Shown here in pieces: positions 25,901-36,000 of a stretch of DNA of 64,000 bases. The notes beneath the pieces are model-generated. The model was not told the DNA's origin and did no database searches. It worked only from the letters and a program-made list of their open reading frames with translations. This DNA comes from Anaeramoeba ignava BMAN (taxonomy: Eukaryota; Protista; Anaeramoebae): NCBI GenBank assembly GCA_028826165.1, contig JAPDFW010000109.1, positions 62,001 through 126,000 of the forward strand, given 5' to 3'. The position numbers and the translations under genes are program-made. Numbering within the stretch: the first letter of the stretch is position 1; each line of letters begins with the position of its first letter.

Positions 25901-28780
25901 ATCACTTGTGGGAATGCTGAAATGATTTAATAAGGAAACCAACAAAGAAATTTTCCCATCAATAATACAGTTCAAAACAAATCTTGGAAAGGAAATGGTC
26001 TTGAAATCAGGTACCAAATCAATTTGTAATTTTTGTGTAATTAATTTGGATTGAATCCCAAAACTCAATAATTGGTTTCCATTTAAATTAATAACTTGTT
26101 TTTCTTCTTCAATTCTCTCATCAGTTTCAAATAAATATTGATTTAATTCCTCCATAAGAGCTCTTAATCTCTGGATGCAATTATGAGTACGTTCGATATT
26201 TTCAAGTTTTCCATTTCCAAAATAGCTAAATTTCCATTTTTGTGAATTTGTTGAAAAAATGATTTTCTGAGAAACTGTGTCGTTTTCATCATTTTCAAAA
26301 AGTCTCTCAAATAACGATAAAAGAAGATTGATGGATAAATTTAAAGAGAAGGAGATTAAATGCAGACAAAATTGGGAGAAGAAAAAGTTTGGCTTTTTGT
26401 GCAGAATTGAAATGATTTTTCTCAACCCAAGAATGGTATTTTCTGTGTTGATTTTTGAAAACGAGGCTTGAATTAAACGAATATCTTGTGATTCCAAACC
26501 AAATTTAATCATATCAACAACAAGTTGAGAAGAGTCGAGATTATTCAGATCATATAAACTTTCAACCAATTCAGGATTTTGCAAAATTAATGTGGTATTC
26601 AAAAGTCTTTCTATAGATAAATTGAACAAATTGAGATGGATCTTATTTTTTTTAAGAAAATAGAAGAAATCAAATGAAGGCTTAAGAAGAAGTGATTCTC
26701 TTTCTTGATTTAGAATCACACCGGAATTTTGGTGAGAATTGCCAACAAATAATGAATACATAAATTGCTCATTATCCCAATTAGTTTGATATTGAAGACC
26801 AAGATGCGAAGAGTTGAAATTGAAAGAAAAAAGTTGAAATCGAGTGTTTTCCTCATTTGGATCGATTAAATTTGGAAGTTCATTTGGATCATCAACTCTA
26901 ATCCATTTCTTGGATGATTCCACAAATGCATAAACAAGATATTCAAGTGATTGATATGGAGATTTCATTTTGATCAAATCTGAAAACATTGTCAATTGCG
27001 TTGTTTTTTCGTCAGTATTTTCATCAGTCAAATTCTCTGTTCTATTGTATTCTGTCCATAAATTCGCGAAATGAATCCCATTAAGATGAGATTTGAAGTG
27101 ATGCCTTGATTTAGAACTCCATTCTGGAGAAAATCTTTGTTTCCAAGGCTCTTTTCTTCGGTTTTCTTTGGGAAATATATTGTACCAATGATCGAGAAAA
27201 CAAATTTGCTCCTTTGAATGAGGATAATCAAATCCAAACGTCTCATTATCAATTATTGATTTCCCAAATCCCCATTCATGAACAAACCTATTATTTTGAT
27301 TTGAATATCCAAATCTCAAATCATTTGATTCTTCCAATTCATCAATTTCTGAAAAATCATCATCTTCATTTCCATTACTTTCTTGATTAATTTCACTTTG
27401 TGTTTCATCGGAAAAGCCTTGGTTCGAACTGAGTGAACTTGTTTTAAGATGTTTTGTTGTCATCTCTTTTTTTGGCTTGTTTTTTTGGGATTTGAATTTA
27501 TTCATTTTTGTTTTTTGGAGTTTGAATTTTTTCTCCATTTTCTTTTTAATTTTCCTCTCCATTTTTTGTTTCTTTTTCTCTAATTTTTTGGTTTTTTTGG
27601 ATGAATTTAATAAAATTGGATTTGAATTTGAATTTGAATTTATTTTGCTATCATTCTTTAAAGATGATGTTTTTTCAGGAAGATTGAAATTGAAAATGAA
27701 TTGATGTGTGTCGTTTTTTCGATTAAAAAGAATAAATTTTTCCTTTTCACAAAATAAACTTGAGAAATTTTTTCTGAAATAATAATCAAGATTAATAATT
27801 TCAAGCAATCCATTTGAAAGGAAGATGGCAATTTTTGTGTTGTCATCAGAGAATGTGAGATGAGTGATAATTTTATCTTGATAAAACCGAAGAATATTTG
27901 ATTTAATCAATGCAATTTTTTCACATTTTGAAATTTTCCATAAATAAATGATATTTTGAATTGAAGAAATTGCCAACAAAAACGGGTCTTTCCAATAAAA
28001 ATTTGAAATTGGATTTTCTTTTTGGATTGTAAGAAAGATAATTTTTGAGCAATAAAATTGTTTGTTGTTGATTTTGGTGATAAAAAGAACGGAATTATTC
28101 ATTATAATCAAATTCTTCATTTCTTCCTGATATTCATTGATTTTCGATCCCAGAATATCAAGAGAGCGGATCGAATCAGTGATTTTTTGAGATGAGAGAA
28201 TTCTCTCAAAGATGTGTGGCTTGATTTCATGATGATAAATTTTAATTTTGAGGAATTTTTTATTGCTAAAATTTTGATTGTTTTGATACAAATTTTTGCT
28301 TGTTTTGAAATATGATTTTTCATCAATAGAATTTGGTTTTTTTTTCCTTGTAAGATTCAAGATGACGCCTTCAGAATAAATATTGTCTTTCTGGCTATCA
28401 TCCGAATCAACTTGAATAACTTGAATATCTTGAGGATTAAAGTTTTGAATTGAGGATAAATTTGAGTTTAAAAAAGGAATTGAGAATTGAAATATATTAA
28501 TATTGTTGTTGAAATTGCAGGTAATCAGTGTTTTTAAATTGTTATTGTTTGTTATTCCCCAATAAAAACTTTTTACATCTTGTATTTTAAGTTGAGATAA
28601 ATTTAATAAAAAATATTTTTTTTGAAAATTAATTATTAAAAAAATTGATAAAATATTATTTTTTGATAATAAAGTTAAGAAAGGGAAGTTTAGATTTGCA
28701 TTAAAATGGTCATTATAATTAATATTTAAAGATTGGAATTTATTAATAATAATTGAATTAAGTTTATTTTGAAATGACAT
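19928..28780 (-). CDS. SPG11: Spatacsin (SPG11)-like protein, 2950 aa, intronless
   Basis: C-terminus resembles the spatacsin C-terminal domain (EVEILVSAYQIY, YNLLTRIILGINEYFEI, AQKCACFASLVGLQ, LIILEYYDL..WAGALFNQVV); mid-region NWMKFLYSAEIQQFP...IKSHL; beta-rich N-terminus and helical solenoid. Confidence 0.8.
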   Translation of the reverse strand: MSFQNKLNSIIINKFQSLNINYNDHFNANLNFPFLTLLSKNNILSIFLIINFQKKYFLLNLSQLKIQDVKSFYWGITNNNNLKTLITCNFNNNINIFQFSIPFLNSNLSSIQNFNPQDIQVIQVDSDDSQKDNIYSEGVILNLTRKKKPNSIDEKSYFKTSKNLYQNNQNFSNKKFLKIKIYHHEIKPHIFERILSSQKITDSIRSLDILGSKINEYQEEMKNLIIMNNSVLFITKINNKQFYCSKIIFLTIQKENPISNFYWKDPFLLAISSIQNIIYLWKISKCEKIALIKSNILRFYQDKIITHLTFSDDNTKIAIFLSNGLLEIINLDYYFRKNFSSLFCEKEKFILFNRKNDTHQFIFNFNLPEKTSSLKNDSKINSNSNSNPILLNSSKKTKKLEKKKQKMERKIKKKMEKKFKLQKTKMNKFKSQKNKPKKEMTTKHLKTSSLSSNQGFSDETQSEINQESNGNEDDDFSEIDELEESNDLRFGYSNQNNRFVHEWGFGKSIIDNETFGFDYPHSKEQICFLDHWYNIFPKENRRKEPWKQRFSPEWSSKSRHHFKSHLNGIHFANLWTEYNRTENLTDENTDEKTTQLTMFSDLIKMKSPYQSLEYLVYAFVESSKKWIRVDDPNELPNLIDPNEENTRFQLFSFNFNSSHLGLQYQTNWDNEQFMYSLFVGNSHQNSGVILNQERESLLLKPSFDFFYFLKKNKIHLNLFNLSIERLLNTTLILQNPELVESLYDLNNLDSSQLVVDMIKFGLESQDIRLIQASFSKINTENTILGLRKIISILHKKPNFFFSQFCLHLISFSLNLSINLLLSLFERLFENDENDTVSQKIIFSTNSQKWKFSYFGNGKLENIERTHNCIQRLRALMEELNQYLFETDERIEEEKQVINLNGNQLLSFGIQSKLITQKLQIDLVPDFKTISFPRFVLNCIIDGKISLLVSLLNHFSIPTSDIINNQDDIIDFIKTLCFKFVYLSISQQNLEMAIKLLENIGEDHFKIFKNLALYTTRREMAILLTNFLLVNSKFSESEKKNIQFIDYIHQIYPSTEYNSQIQIHKLANAQNDTTNLFQAMEQKQFIWTKTRQFKNEWDFNRNEYLQNIAFSLQNYFHDLHENVEIDENENQNEILRIFKKNYSEINQDVVIQDPDHQKVSDKRSAFGYFVSRFHWILNWNLSTKQRLILEKFHHEKMMIMKKSEQSIKELNINLYTRLRYFVAHHNIQEIESTINQFLTLSHQYPKSWGFKWNQISNILSLCPKSLQERISKMFGKFGIYFGIDERKFSNLLLKLCQTENLFYLYSTDKPDFISKYKHLSKKSEEIFEKIIPSQNMSQFHNWFINICSQNNLSNIMIHYLNHFELKLVPENLNSSQNNKVWVNQFILFEKHSFDPNFKNIQDITFLSVAKYLGMNISDVNINRIILENKAVLALSIVMNSETNLVSSFVLSPKEILCLNFEVISKQVQNLSPKFYSFLNTMSFIRNIQNRNQEKSRYKVRNGNKNLFSIRKDCSLLSIVDQSTPIKIKIICDNQESFINFDNNSFGDDIHHEELDSLFYLIKGNSIQAYSQLIKTTPSLKKKAFNQNEQQNLVQMITLVALQNLFNNFIVGACYSILEMNSLPTNEFCINISASKRILLYSTMKKDDIFVGNEKNPFLFANQKLSEFKQNYLMTTNTIHQSHQKILSMFKSLITQKLPQNEIIRIEEMLIKATEFFSNEKQKRAVLDLKELDRFYDDEPWKLVSLFTELNGIELYENNLFRIAKSCNWMKFLYSAEIQQFPLKRLKQIIKKFVEREDIKSHLLIVVNLLLSQNPENEAYLKEKRRSKFQTTTENISSKKGNDSKRNTKISPKKIMHKILRFSQNPTTTYLMQNSIVTKQPILSLAMSCFPNNSKVDCLMSYLFSICQNELFADFGYKMSKIVDYGIFAIRDSNNNIFKWTLDDLHKIVIILTNSNKLFALIQALRLFDPQNLLLPFLLFVHCVNQNRFSSAEKHLVYFVKEYQSAESRELFSKKKTIPVFNGSARKDANEISMFMNIQWIYQTASDLISHLIEKRDTFTTRKILEIANNVGFSHEFSKFYHIDQVFEKVENEVSGLNVLKSDYENLCILIFHDKFTEARQFAAITNFSIFQIALLEVYKLIEKYREHRMWKVKKEREILWQKCNKLLRKYSNDSQLCGDFFLSQIFQFQDEFTLKDQLTLLKYSLMWFSGEMQTRIEEKEKEQKPTQTSKKNKHQKYNHKQEDDLIMKFNQYSTSRMKMDDFIHDLNLRIWIISILNEIHFPRTPEFLFKTIPHPSAQFESIRRECIFFIPKNISHLRNYQKEFENHRRNTTNQNQEGESIPKYESLSKIKLTIQDCESLDVMIGHLLNKRKIDEVDKICQEFNYNSFDLYIIQACLFIANCDKSSTVKEVLNSSKLSNSVHNIINILKTSSPSINFARVSLVEIMELLLQSVKYAQDFCQQIVTNYIVSNEIHREYKEIEKKPNQTLLLLFSQGKEKFAIIKRFISNNILDREKIVKLFANKYYKAIVFKFQQKVEFKRVPRIFDMDTKQAKGEVQEHRQKSSPNRNADLQKEIPNEKILTGIISMISNQEDVLNFVNLTNAPHAFADRLLDILFSNEHTFETEVEILVSAYQIYNTAFSVEGCLRIFKIMNERISKYIEKEKYNLLTRIILGINEYFEIERLFEILFSKNKFDAILFEISNPEQVAKLRSTISQFLKKKYPNDEEKLIVFYCSFDMWRELGEYLLNKSRGRIQEIGMKLSEDEFTNAKIVKENNHELKEIGQALFNAGDAFETDGSLVLAQKCACFASLVGLQMRVPRLKVIQLENRPYEIRHLISFKIHNFFDCLIILEYYDLSNLDSWAGALFNQVVVNDSWVFLTNYFQVFHPDFYLFKKIADLFKNYKDQDAVYHNMHRFLDYLEDGNEQYEISKELGFEDVMDELDNMSTDENL

Positions 28781-28944
28781 TATTGAAAAAAAAAATTAAA
28801 AAAAAAAATTGAAAAAAATAATTTTCATTTTTTTCTTTTCAAAATTTTTTTTTTAAAAAACAAAAACAAAAACAAAAACAAAAACAACAACAAAAACAAC
28901 AACAAAAACAAAAACAAAAACAAATACAAAAACAAAAACAAATA
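28781..28944. promoter_or_regulatory. 164-bp divergent promoter region (SPG11 / DH-FYVE gene)
   Basis: Head-to-head ATGs; TTTTCATTTT at ~28822; (CAAAAA)n in the 5' leader. Confidence 0.5.
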
Positions 28945-31900
28945 ATGTCAACAAATCAATCAAAAAATGAAAAAGAAAATGAAAAAAAACCAAGAAGAGA
29001 ACATACAAAAGATAATAGAATAAGAATTGCAACAAAAATTTATAAAAAAGAAAAAATTTTTCAACATAAATTAAAAGATTTAATTCATTATTTTATTCAT
29101 CCATTTGAAAACAGTATTAAAAATAATGAATCTTTAATTTCTAAAGAGAAATTTTCAATTATAATTAGAAATTTAAAAGAAATCAAAATAAAGAGTGAAG
29201 AAATATTAAAAATATTAGAAGAAACAATTAAAAAATCAACAGAAGGATTAAAATTGAATGATTTTCTTTTATTGATTGTATCTTTTTTAAATTCAAATTA
29301 AATCTTAAATTTAAATTAAAATTTATTTTAAAAAATTTTTTTTAGATTAAAAATTTGCCAGAATATTCAAAATACATTTTAAATAATTCTCAAGCAATTA
29401 AAGAATTGGAAGAATTGAAAAAAGAATCCAAATTTTTTACTTTTTGTCAAGAAACTGAAAAAAAAGCTGGTAATTCTTTTTTGGAATATTTAGGAATGCC
29501 AGAACATCAAATATTTGTTTATCAAACATTAATTACAGTAAAAAAAAAAAAGCAAAAACAAAAGTAAAAACAAAAACAAAAATCTAATTAATTTTTATTT
29601 ATTTAGAAAATTAAAAAATTAACTCCAAAAGAAAATCCTGATTTTCAACAAATTGAAAATGCTTTAATTGAATTACAAAAAATTACTTCAAAAATTCAAA
29701 AACCTTTAAATAATTCAAATGAAAATTCTATTAAAAAAGAAAGACCAAAAGTTTGTAGTGTTTGTCAAAATAAATTTACCGCCAATAGAAAGAGAGTAAA
29801 TTTAAATTTAAAAATATAAAAATAAAAATATAAATAAAAATAATAAAAAATATTTATTTATATTATAAAAAGTATCGATGTAGAAAATGCCAAAAATATG
29901 TTTGTAAATCTTGTTTTACACATCAAATAAGTTTAAAACCAAATGAGACACCAGTAAGAGTTTGTGATAATTGTTACAAAATTAGTTTGTAAGTATTTAA
30001 TAAAATTCAATTTCAAAATTAAAAATTTAAATTAAAAAAAATATTTCCAAAAACTTGAAATTTAAAATGAAATCAAAAAAATTATTTAAGAGAGCAAAAA
30101 AATGAATCAATTATTCCTAAAGATGATTCAAAAAAATTAAAAGATCAAAAATTATTAAGAAGATATACAGTTACATCATCAACTGTTCAAATGAAACAAA
30201 ATTATATAGATAATCGGAAACTAAATCAAACACTATTATCAAGAAAATCAAACAAAAAAAAATTAAGTTCAAGATCATTACCAATTCCACCAATTCCCCC
30301 AAAAAATCCTAATCCAAATTCAAATTTAGGAAATCCAAAAAGAAAATCACTTGAAACAAAACCAATTAATCAAGATGAAACAAAACCAATTAATAAAGAT
30401 GAACAAAAATTAATTAATCAAGATGAAACAAAACCAATTAATAAAGAAGAAACAAAACCAATTAATCAAGATGAAACAAAACCAATTAATAAAGATGAAC
30501 AAAAACCAATTAATAAAGATGAAACAAAACCAATTAATCAAGATGAACAAAAATCAATTAATAAAGATGAAACAAAAACCAATTAATAAAGATGAACCAA
30601 AACCAATTAATAAAGATGAACAAAAATTAATTATTCAAGATGAAACAAAACCAATTAATAAAGATGAACAAAAACCAATTAATAAAGATGAAAAGAAACC
30701 AATTAATAAAGATGAACAAAAATTAATTAATAAAGATGAACAAAAACCAATTAATAAAGATGAAACAAAACCAATTAATAAAGATGAACAAAAATCAATT
30801 AATAAAGATGAACAAAAATCAATTAATAAAGATGAACAAAAATCAATTAATAAAGATGAAACTAAACCAATTAATAAAGATGAAACAAAATCAATTAATA
30901 AAAACGAAAAGAAAAGTAATAAAGATGAACAAAAATTAATTAATAAAGATGAAACAAAACCAATTAATAAAGATGAAACAAAACCAATTAATAAAGATGA
31001 AACAAAACCAATTAATAAAGACGAAACAAAACCAATTAATAAAGATGAAACAAAACCAATTAATAAAGATGAAAAGAACCAATTAATAAAGATGAAAAGA
31101 AAAGTAATAAAGATAAAAAGAAAAGTAATAAAGATGAAAAGAAAAGTAATAAAAATAAAAAGAAACCAATTAATAAAGATGAACAAAACCAATTAATAAA
31201 GATGAAAAGAAATAATTAATAAAGATGAAAAGAAAAAGTAATAAATATGAAAAGAAATTAATTAATAAAGATGAAAAGAAAAGTAATAAAGATGAAAAGA
31301 AAAGTAATAAAGATGAAAAGAAAAGTAATAAAGATGAAAAGAAAATTAATAAAGATGAAAAGAAAATTAATAAAGATGAAAAGAAACCAATTAATAAAGA
31401 TGAACAAAAATTAATTAATAAAGATGAAAAGAAAAGTAATAAAGATGAAAAGAAAATTAATCAAGTACAAAAAAAATCAATTATTGATCTGGAATCAATT
31501 ATCCAAGAAACACCAATTAACCAAAAAAATATTAATCAACAAGAAAAAAAACCAATTATTCAAAATAAAATTATTCAAAATAAAATTAATCAAAAACAGA
31601 AATCAATTCTTGATATTGATATAGAATCAATTATTGAAAACAAGTCAATTAATCAACAACAAAAATCAAAAATCACACAAAGCAAAATTAATCAAGAAAA
31701 ACAAACCAATAATAAATCTTTAATTTCTATTGACGATTTACTTAGTTCTCCAATTAACCAACAAAAATCTTCTAAATCTTTTGAACCCAAAATTGAAATT
31801 TTATCTCCTTCAGTTGAAATTCTTCCTGGTTTAATTTTGAATCAAAATTCTTCAAAAAAAGAAAAACCAAAAAATTTAAATTTGAATTTAATTTCTACAG

Positions 31901-32085
31901 ATTCTTCACTTATTGATTTTACAATTGAAGATTATTCAGCTAATAAAGTTTCTTCAATTTCTTCAGTTGATTTTTATGAACAAATTGAAATTTCTGCTGA
32001 ATATGAAAGAGTTGTTCTTTTAGATACTGAATCAGAATCAGAATCAGAATCTCAATCAGAATTTGATTCAGAATCAGATGATTAA
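28945..32085 (+). CDS. DH (RhoGEF)-like + FYVE-like zinc finger protein with long repeat tail; exons 28945-29277, 29346-29537, 29607-29795, 29873-29988, 30091-32085 (frameshifts in tail)
   Basis: DH features (RIRIATKIYKKEKIF, YSKYILNNSQAI, YLGMPEHQIFVY, KLTPKENPDFQQIENAL); finger CSVC..YRCRKCQKYVCKSC..RVCDNC; all GT-AG and in phase. Confidence 0.75.
30355..31460 (+). repeat. Coding minisatellite, 24/21-bp units (INKDETKP / SNKDEKK)
   Basis: Direct tandem ATTAATAAAGATGAAACAAAACCA-like units. Confidence 0.92.
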
Positions 32086-32292
32086 GAAAATTCAATTTTA
32101 AATTCAAAAAGAAAAGAAAAGAAATCTTTTTTTTTTAACAATTTTGTTATTTTCTTTTTTCTTCAAAGTTTAATAATTAAATTTTAATTTTTAATTTTAA
32201 TTTTTAATTTTGAATTTTAATTTTGAATTTATTCCTTTCTGAAATTTTTTTGTTGAAATAAAAAGAAAGAAGAAAACAAACAAATAAATCAA

Positions 32293-32841
32293 TCATTTTC
32301 GAGAAGGATTTTGTTGATGAAATTGATTCCAAGATTTCTTAGAAAAATCAATAGAAGAATGATAAAATTTATTTAATTCACCAGGAATATCATCCCAGTC
32401 AATTGTATCTTTTTTAGCAACAACCAAACCAATTCCACTTCCGAAAGCAAGACCAAGAAGTTTAGAAGAAAAAGATTTTGAAGTTAAAGTTTGGTATAAA
32501 AGACCAGTTCCAGCACCTGCCAAGACATGATTGATTTCATCATCATTTTCTCTTATTTGTTTAATTGAATTTTTCATTAAACAATAAGAAATTGAGAGCA
32601 TCCCTAATTTTTGTCCATAATCCATACTTGATAACCATACTTTCTTCAGGAAATCTTCTCCTTTCATTTCTGGTAATATAATTGTTTGTCTTGTTCCTTC
32701 TAAAAATCCTATTCCTAATCCTATTAAATAACTTTTTCCTATCATTTCAAAATCATTATGAAAATTGGATTTTTGAATTTTTTCATAAAATGAAATTGTT
32801 TTCTCTTTTGCAATTTGAAAAAACTTTTCAATTTGATCCAT
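32293..32841 (-). CDS. Tim17/Tim22/Tim23-family inner-membrane translocase-like protein
   Basis: Glycine-zipper TM segments (GLGIGFLEG; GQKLGML; AGAGTGLLY; GLAFGSGIG) and family motif IRENDDEINHVLAGAGTG. Confidence 0.78.
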   Translation of the reverse strand: MDQIEKFFQIAKEKTISFYEKIQKSNFHNDFEMIGKSYLIGLGIGFLEGTRQTIILPEMKGEDFLKKVWLSSMDYGQKLGMLSISYCLMKNSIKQIRENDDEINHVLAGAGTGLLYQTLTSKSFSSKLLGLAFGSGIGLVVAKKDTIDWDDIPGELNKFYHSSIDFSKKSWNQFHQQNPSRK

Positions 32842-33097
32842 AAAATTTAAAAAAAATTTTTTAATAATTTAATAATTAAAAGAAAGAATGAAAAAGAAGA
32901 AAAAAAAAAATGAAAAATAAAAAGGAGAAAAAATAATTTATTTTAAATTTAAATTATTACTAATTATTTTTAAAATTAACATAATTTCATCAAAAAAAAA
33001 AACTTTTTTTTTAATTAAAAAATTTTTTTTTTTTTTCTTTTTTTATTTTTTTTTTTTTTTTATTTTCTTTTTTTTAATTATCAATTTAAATTATTAA

Positions 33098-36000
33098 ATG
33101 TCAATCCATCAAAAAGAACAAATTAAACAACATGAAAAATTACAAGAGTTGTTAATGTCAATTGAAAAAAATATTTCTGAAAAAACAAACTATGAGATCA
33201 AAAACTCAGCATTTATTTTTCTTCTTCAAGTTTGTGATCAAGAAACTCGTTCATTTTTTTCTTCACCTCGTTTTCAAAAAAACAAATTCCAAATTGAAAT
33301 TGAAACTTTTTTATGTGAAAAAATTGGTTCTGATTTATTGACTTATTTAAGTGATTATTTTAATTCAAAAAATTCTGAATTTGAAATACAAATTTATGCA
33401 CGAATTCAAACTTTGAAAAAACGAATAAATTCTTTTATTAATTTTGAATTAAAGGGGAAAAATTTACAAAATAAAAATAATTTACAATCACCTCAACTTT
33501 TAAGAAAATCTTCTCAAAATAGAATAAATCAAATGCAATTCCCAAAAACTAAAACTACTCAATTAATTAATGAAAAATCAGATTCTTTACATAATTCTAA
33601 TTCTCCAATAGAAAATCAACAAAAATCTAATCAAAATCAACTTGAAAAACATTCAGAAATTCGTAATTTTAAAAATTCATTTTCAAGACCTTTAAAAAGA
33701 ATAAGACAACCATCAATTTCAATAAAAAGAACAAAACCACAAAATGTTGAAAGTCCTATTCATCAACAATTTCAAAAACCGTATTCAATGACAAAATCTC
33801 CAAATACAAATACAAATATAAATACAAATACAAATACAAATACAAATACAAATACAAATACAAATATAAACACAAATACAAATACAAAATCAAGATTTCT
33901 AAATGCAAATCAATTTCCAAAACCAAAATCTCCAATTAAAAATAAAAATGAAAAACAGAGATTTCCAAATCAAAACAAATTTCCAAAACCAAAATCTCCT
34001 ATTCAAAATCAAAATCAAAATCAAAATCAAAATCAAAATCAAAATATAAATGAAATTAAAAATCAAATTGGAAATAAAATTGAAAATCAAAATGAAAATC
34101 AAAATCAAAATCAAAATCAAAATGAAAATGAAATTCAAAATCAAAATCAAAATCAAAATCAAATCAAAATGAAAATCAAAATCAAAATCAAAATCAAATT
34201 GGAAATAAAATTCAAAATGAAAATGAAAATCAAAATCAAAATGAAAATAAAAATCAAAATCAAATTGGAAATAAAATTCAAAATCAAAATCAAAATGAAA
34301 ATCAAATTCAAAATCAAATTCAAAATCAAATTGAAAATCAAATTGAAAATCAAATTGAAAATCAAATTGAAAATCAAATTGAAAATCAAATTGAAAATCA
34401 AAATCAAAATCAAAATCAAAATGAAAATGAAATTCAAAATGAAATTCAAAATGAAAATAAAAATAAAAATGAATTCTCAAAACCAAAATTTCCAAATAAA
34501 AACAAATTTCCAAAACCAAAATATCCTAATCAAAACCAAAATCAAAATCAAAATCAAAATAAAAATGAATCCTCAAAACCAAAATCAAAATCTCCAAATC
34601 AAAACAAATTTCCAAAACCAAAATCCCCAAACAAAATTCAAATCCAAAATGAATTTCCAAAATCAAAATATCCAAACCAAAATGAATTTTCAAAGATCAA
34701 GTCTCCAATTCAAAATAAATTTCCAAAATTAAAGTCTCCAAACCAAAACAAATTTCCAAAACCAAAATCCCCAAATAAAAACCAAAAATATAAATATAAA
34801 TCAAAATCAAAATCAAAATCAAAATCAAAATCAAAATCAAAATCAAAATCACAATCAAATTCAAATTCAAAATCAAATTCAAAATCAAATTCAAAATCAA
34901 ATTCAAAATCAAAATATAAATGAAAATGAAAATGAAAATGAAAATCAATTTCCAAAATCAAAATCTCCAAATCAAAATGAATTTCCAAAATCAAAATCTC
35001 CAAATCAAAATATAAATGAAAATCAAATTCAAAATCAAAATATAAATGAAAATCAAAATGAAAATGAATTTCCAAAATCAAAACCTCCAAATCAAAATCA
35101 ATTTCCAAAAATTATTCAAACACCAAAACAAAAATTTGAACAAAATATTCCTGATAAAACTCAAAACCCTAATCAAGCAAAAAAACCATTAAATATAAAA
35201 TCAAAATTTTCACAAATTCATGATAAATTTAACAAAAAATTAGATATAAATGAAAATCAAAAATCACAAAAAAAACAATTCCCAAATAAAAATAATACAC
35301 AAATAGATAATATTTCTGATCAAAATAATAAAATTGAAGAAGTACAACCAAATCAAGATATTCAACAACAACCAAAAAACTTACCTAAACTAACTCAAAA
35401 AAACTCAAAATCAAATTTACTTAAAAATCAATTACCTGTTAAACAAAAAAGTGTATTTAAATCGCCCAAAGAAATTATTCAAGAGATGAATAAATCAAAA
35501 TCAAAATCACAATCGGAATCACAATCGGAATCACAATCAGAAATAAATCAACCAAATTTATTATCACAACAAAAAAAATTACCTAATTCATTTCCACAAA
35601 AAATTAATTTTCAAGATGAACAACATCAAGAAAAAGAAAATATTAAAGTTCAAAAAAGCCCAATTTCGCCAAGAAAAACAATTAAAAGTCCCTTTTTGAA
35701 TCAGAAAGAATTTTCTTCTCCAAATCAAGAAAATTTTGATAAATCACAATTTCCACTTTCAAAATCTCCTGTTAAAAATGAATTAAAAAAACAAATAGAT
35801 GTGAAAAGATTTCCTTCGCCTAGAAAACAGATCAATAATGAAAGCACTATTAAAGATCCAATTTATTCACCAAAAAATTTTGAAAATAATAATAATAATA
35901 ATAATTCATTTCCAAAACCACAACAATTTTCTTCTCAACAAAAAGAAATTATTGAAAAATCAATTCCACATTTAAAACATAATATTGAAGAAAATCAATT

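Noticed and set aside
26170-26235. Intein C-terminus-like YFGNG...THNC in spatacsin
   Set aside because: Spacing is wrong, no block A/B or LAGLIDADG motifs upstream, and the segment reads as host helical sequence
19984-28326. Many 60-150 aa ORFs overlapping spatacsin
   Set aside because: Antisense or alternate-frame shadows of a long GC-richer CDS, with no domain features
33900-35100. Possible intron explaining the frame break in the RA-PH-CH gene
   Set aside because: No suitable GT-AG pair; FPKPKSP peptide repeats continue through it, and two compensating indels restore the frame
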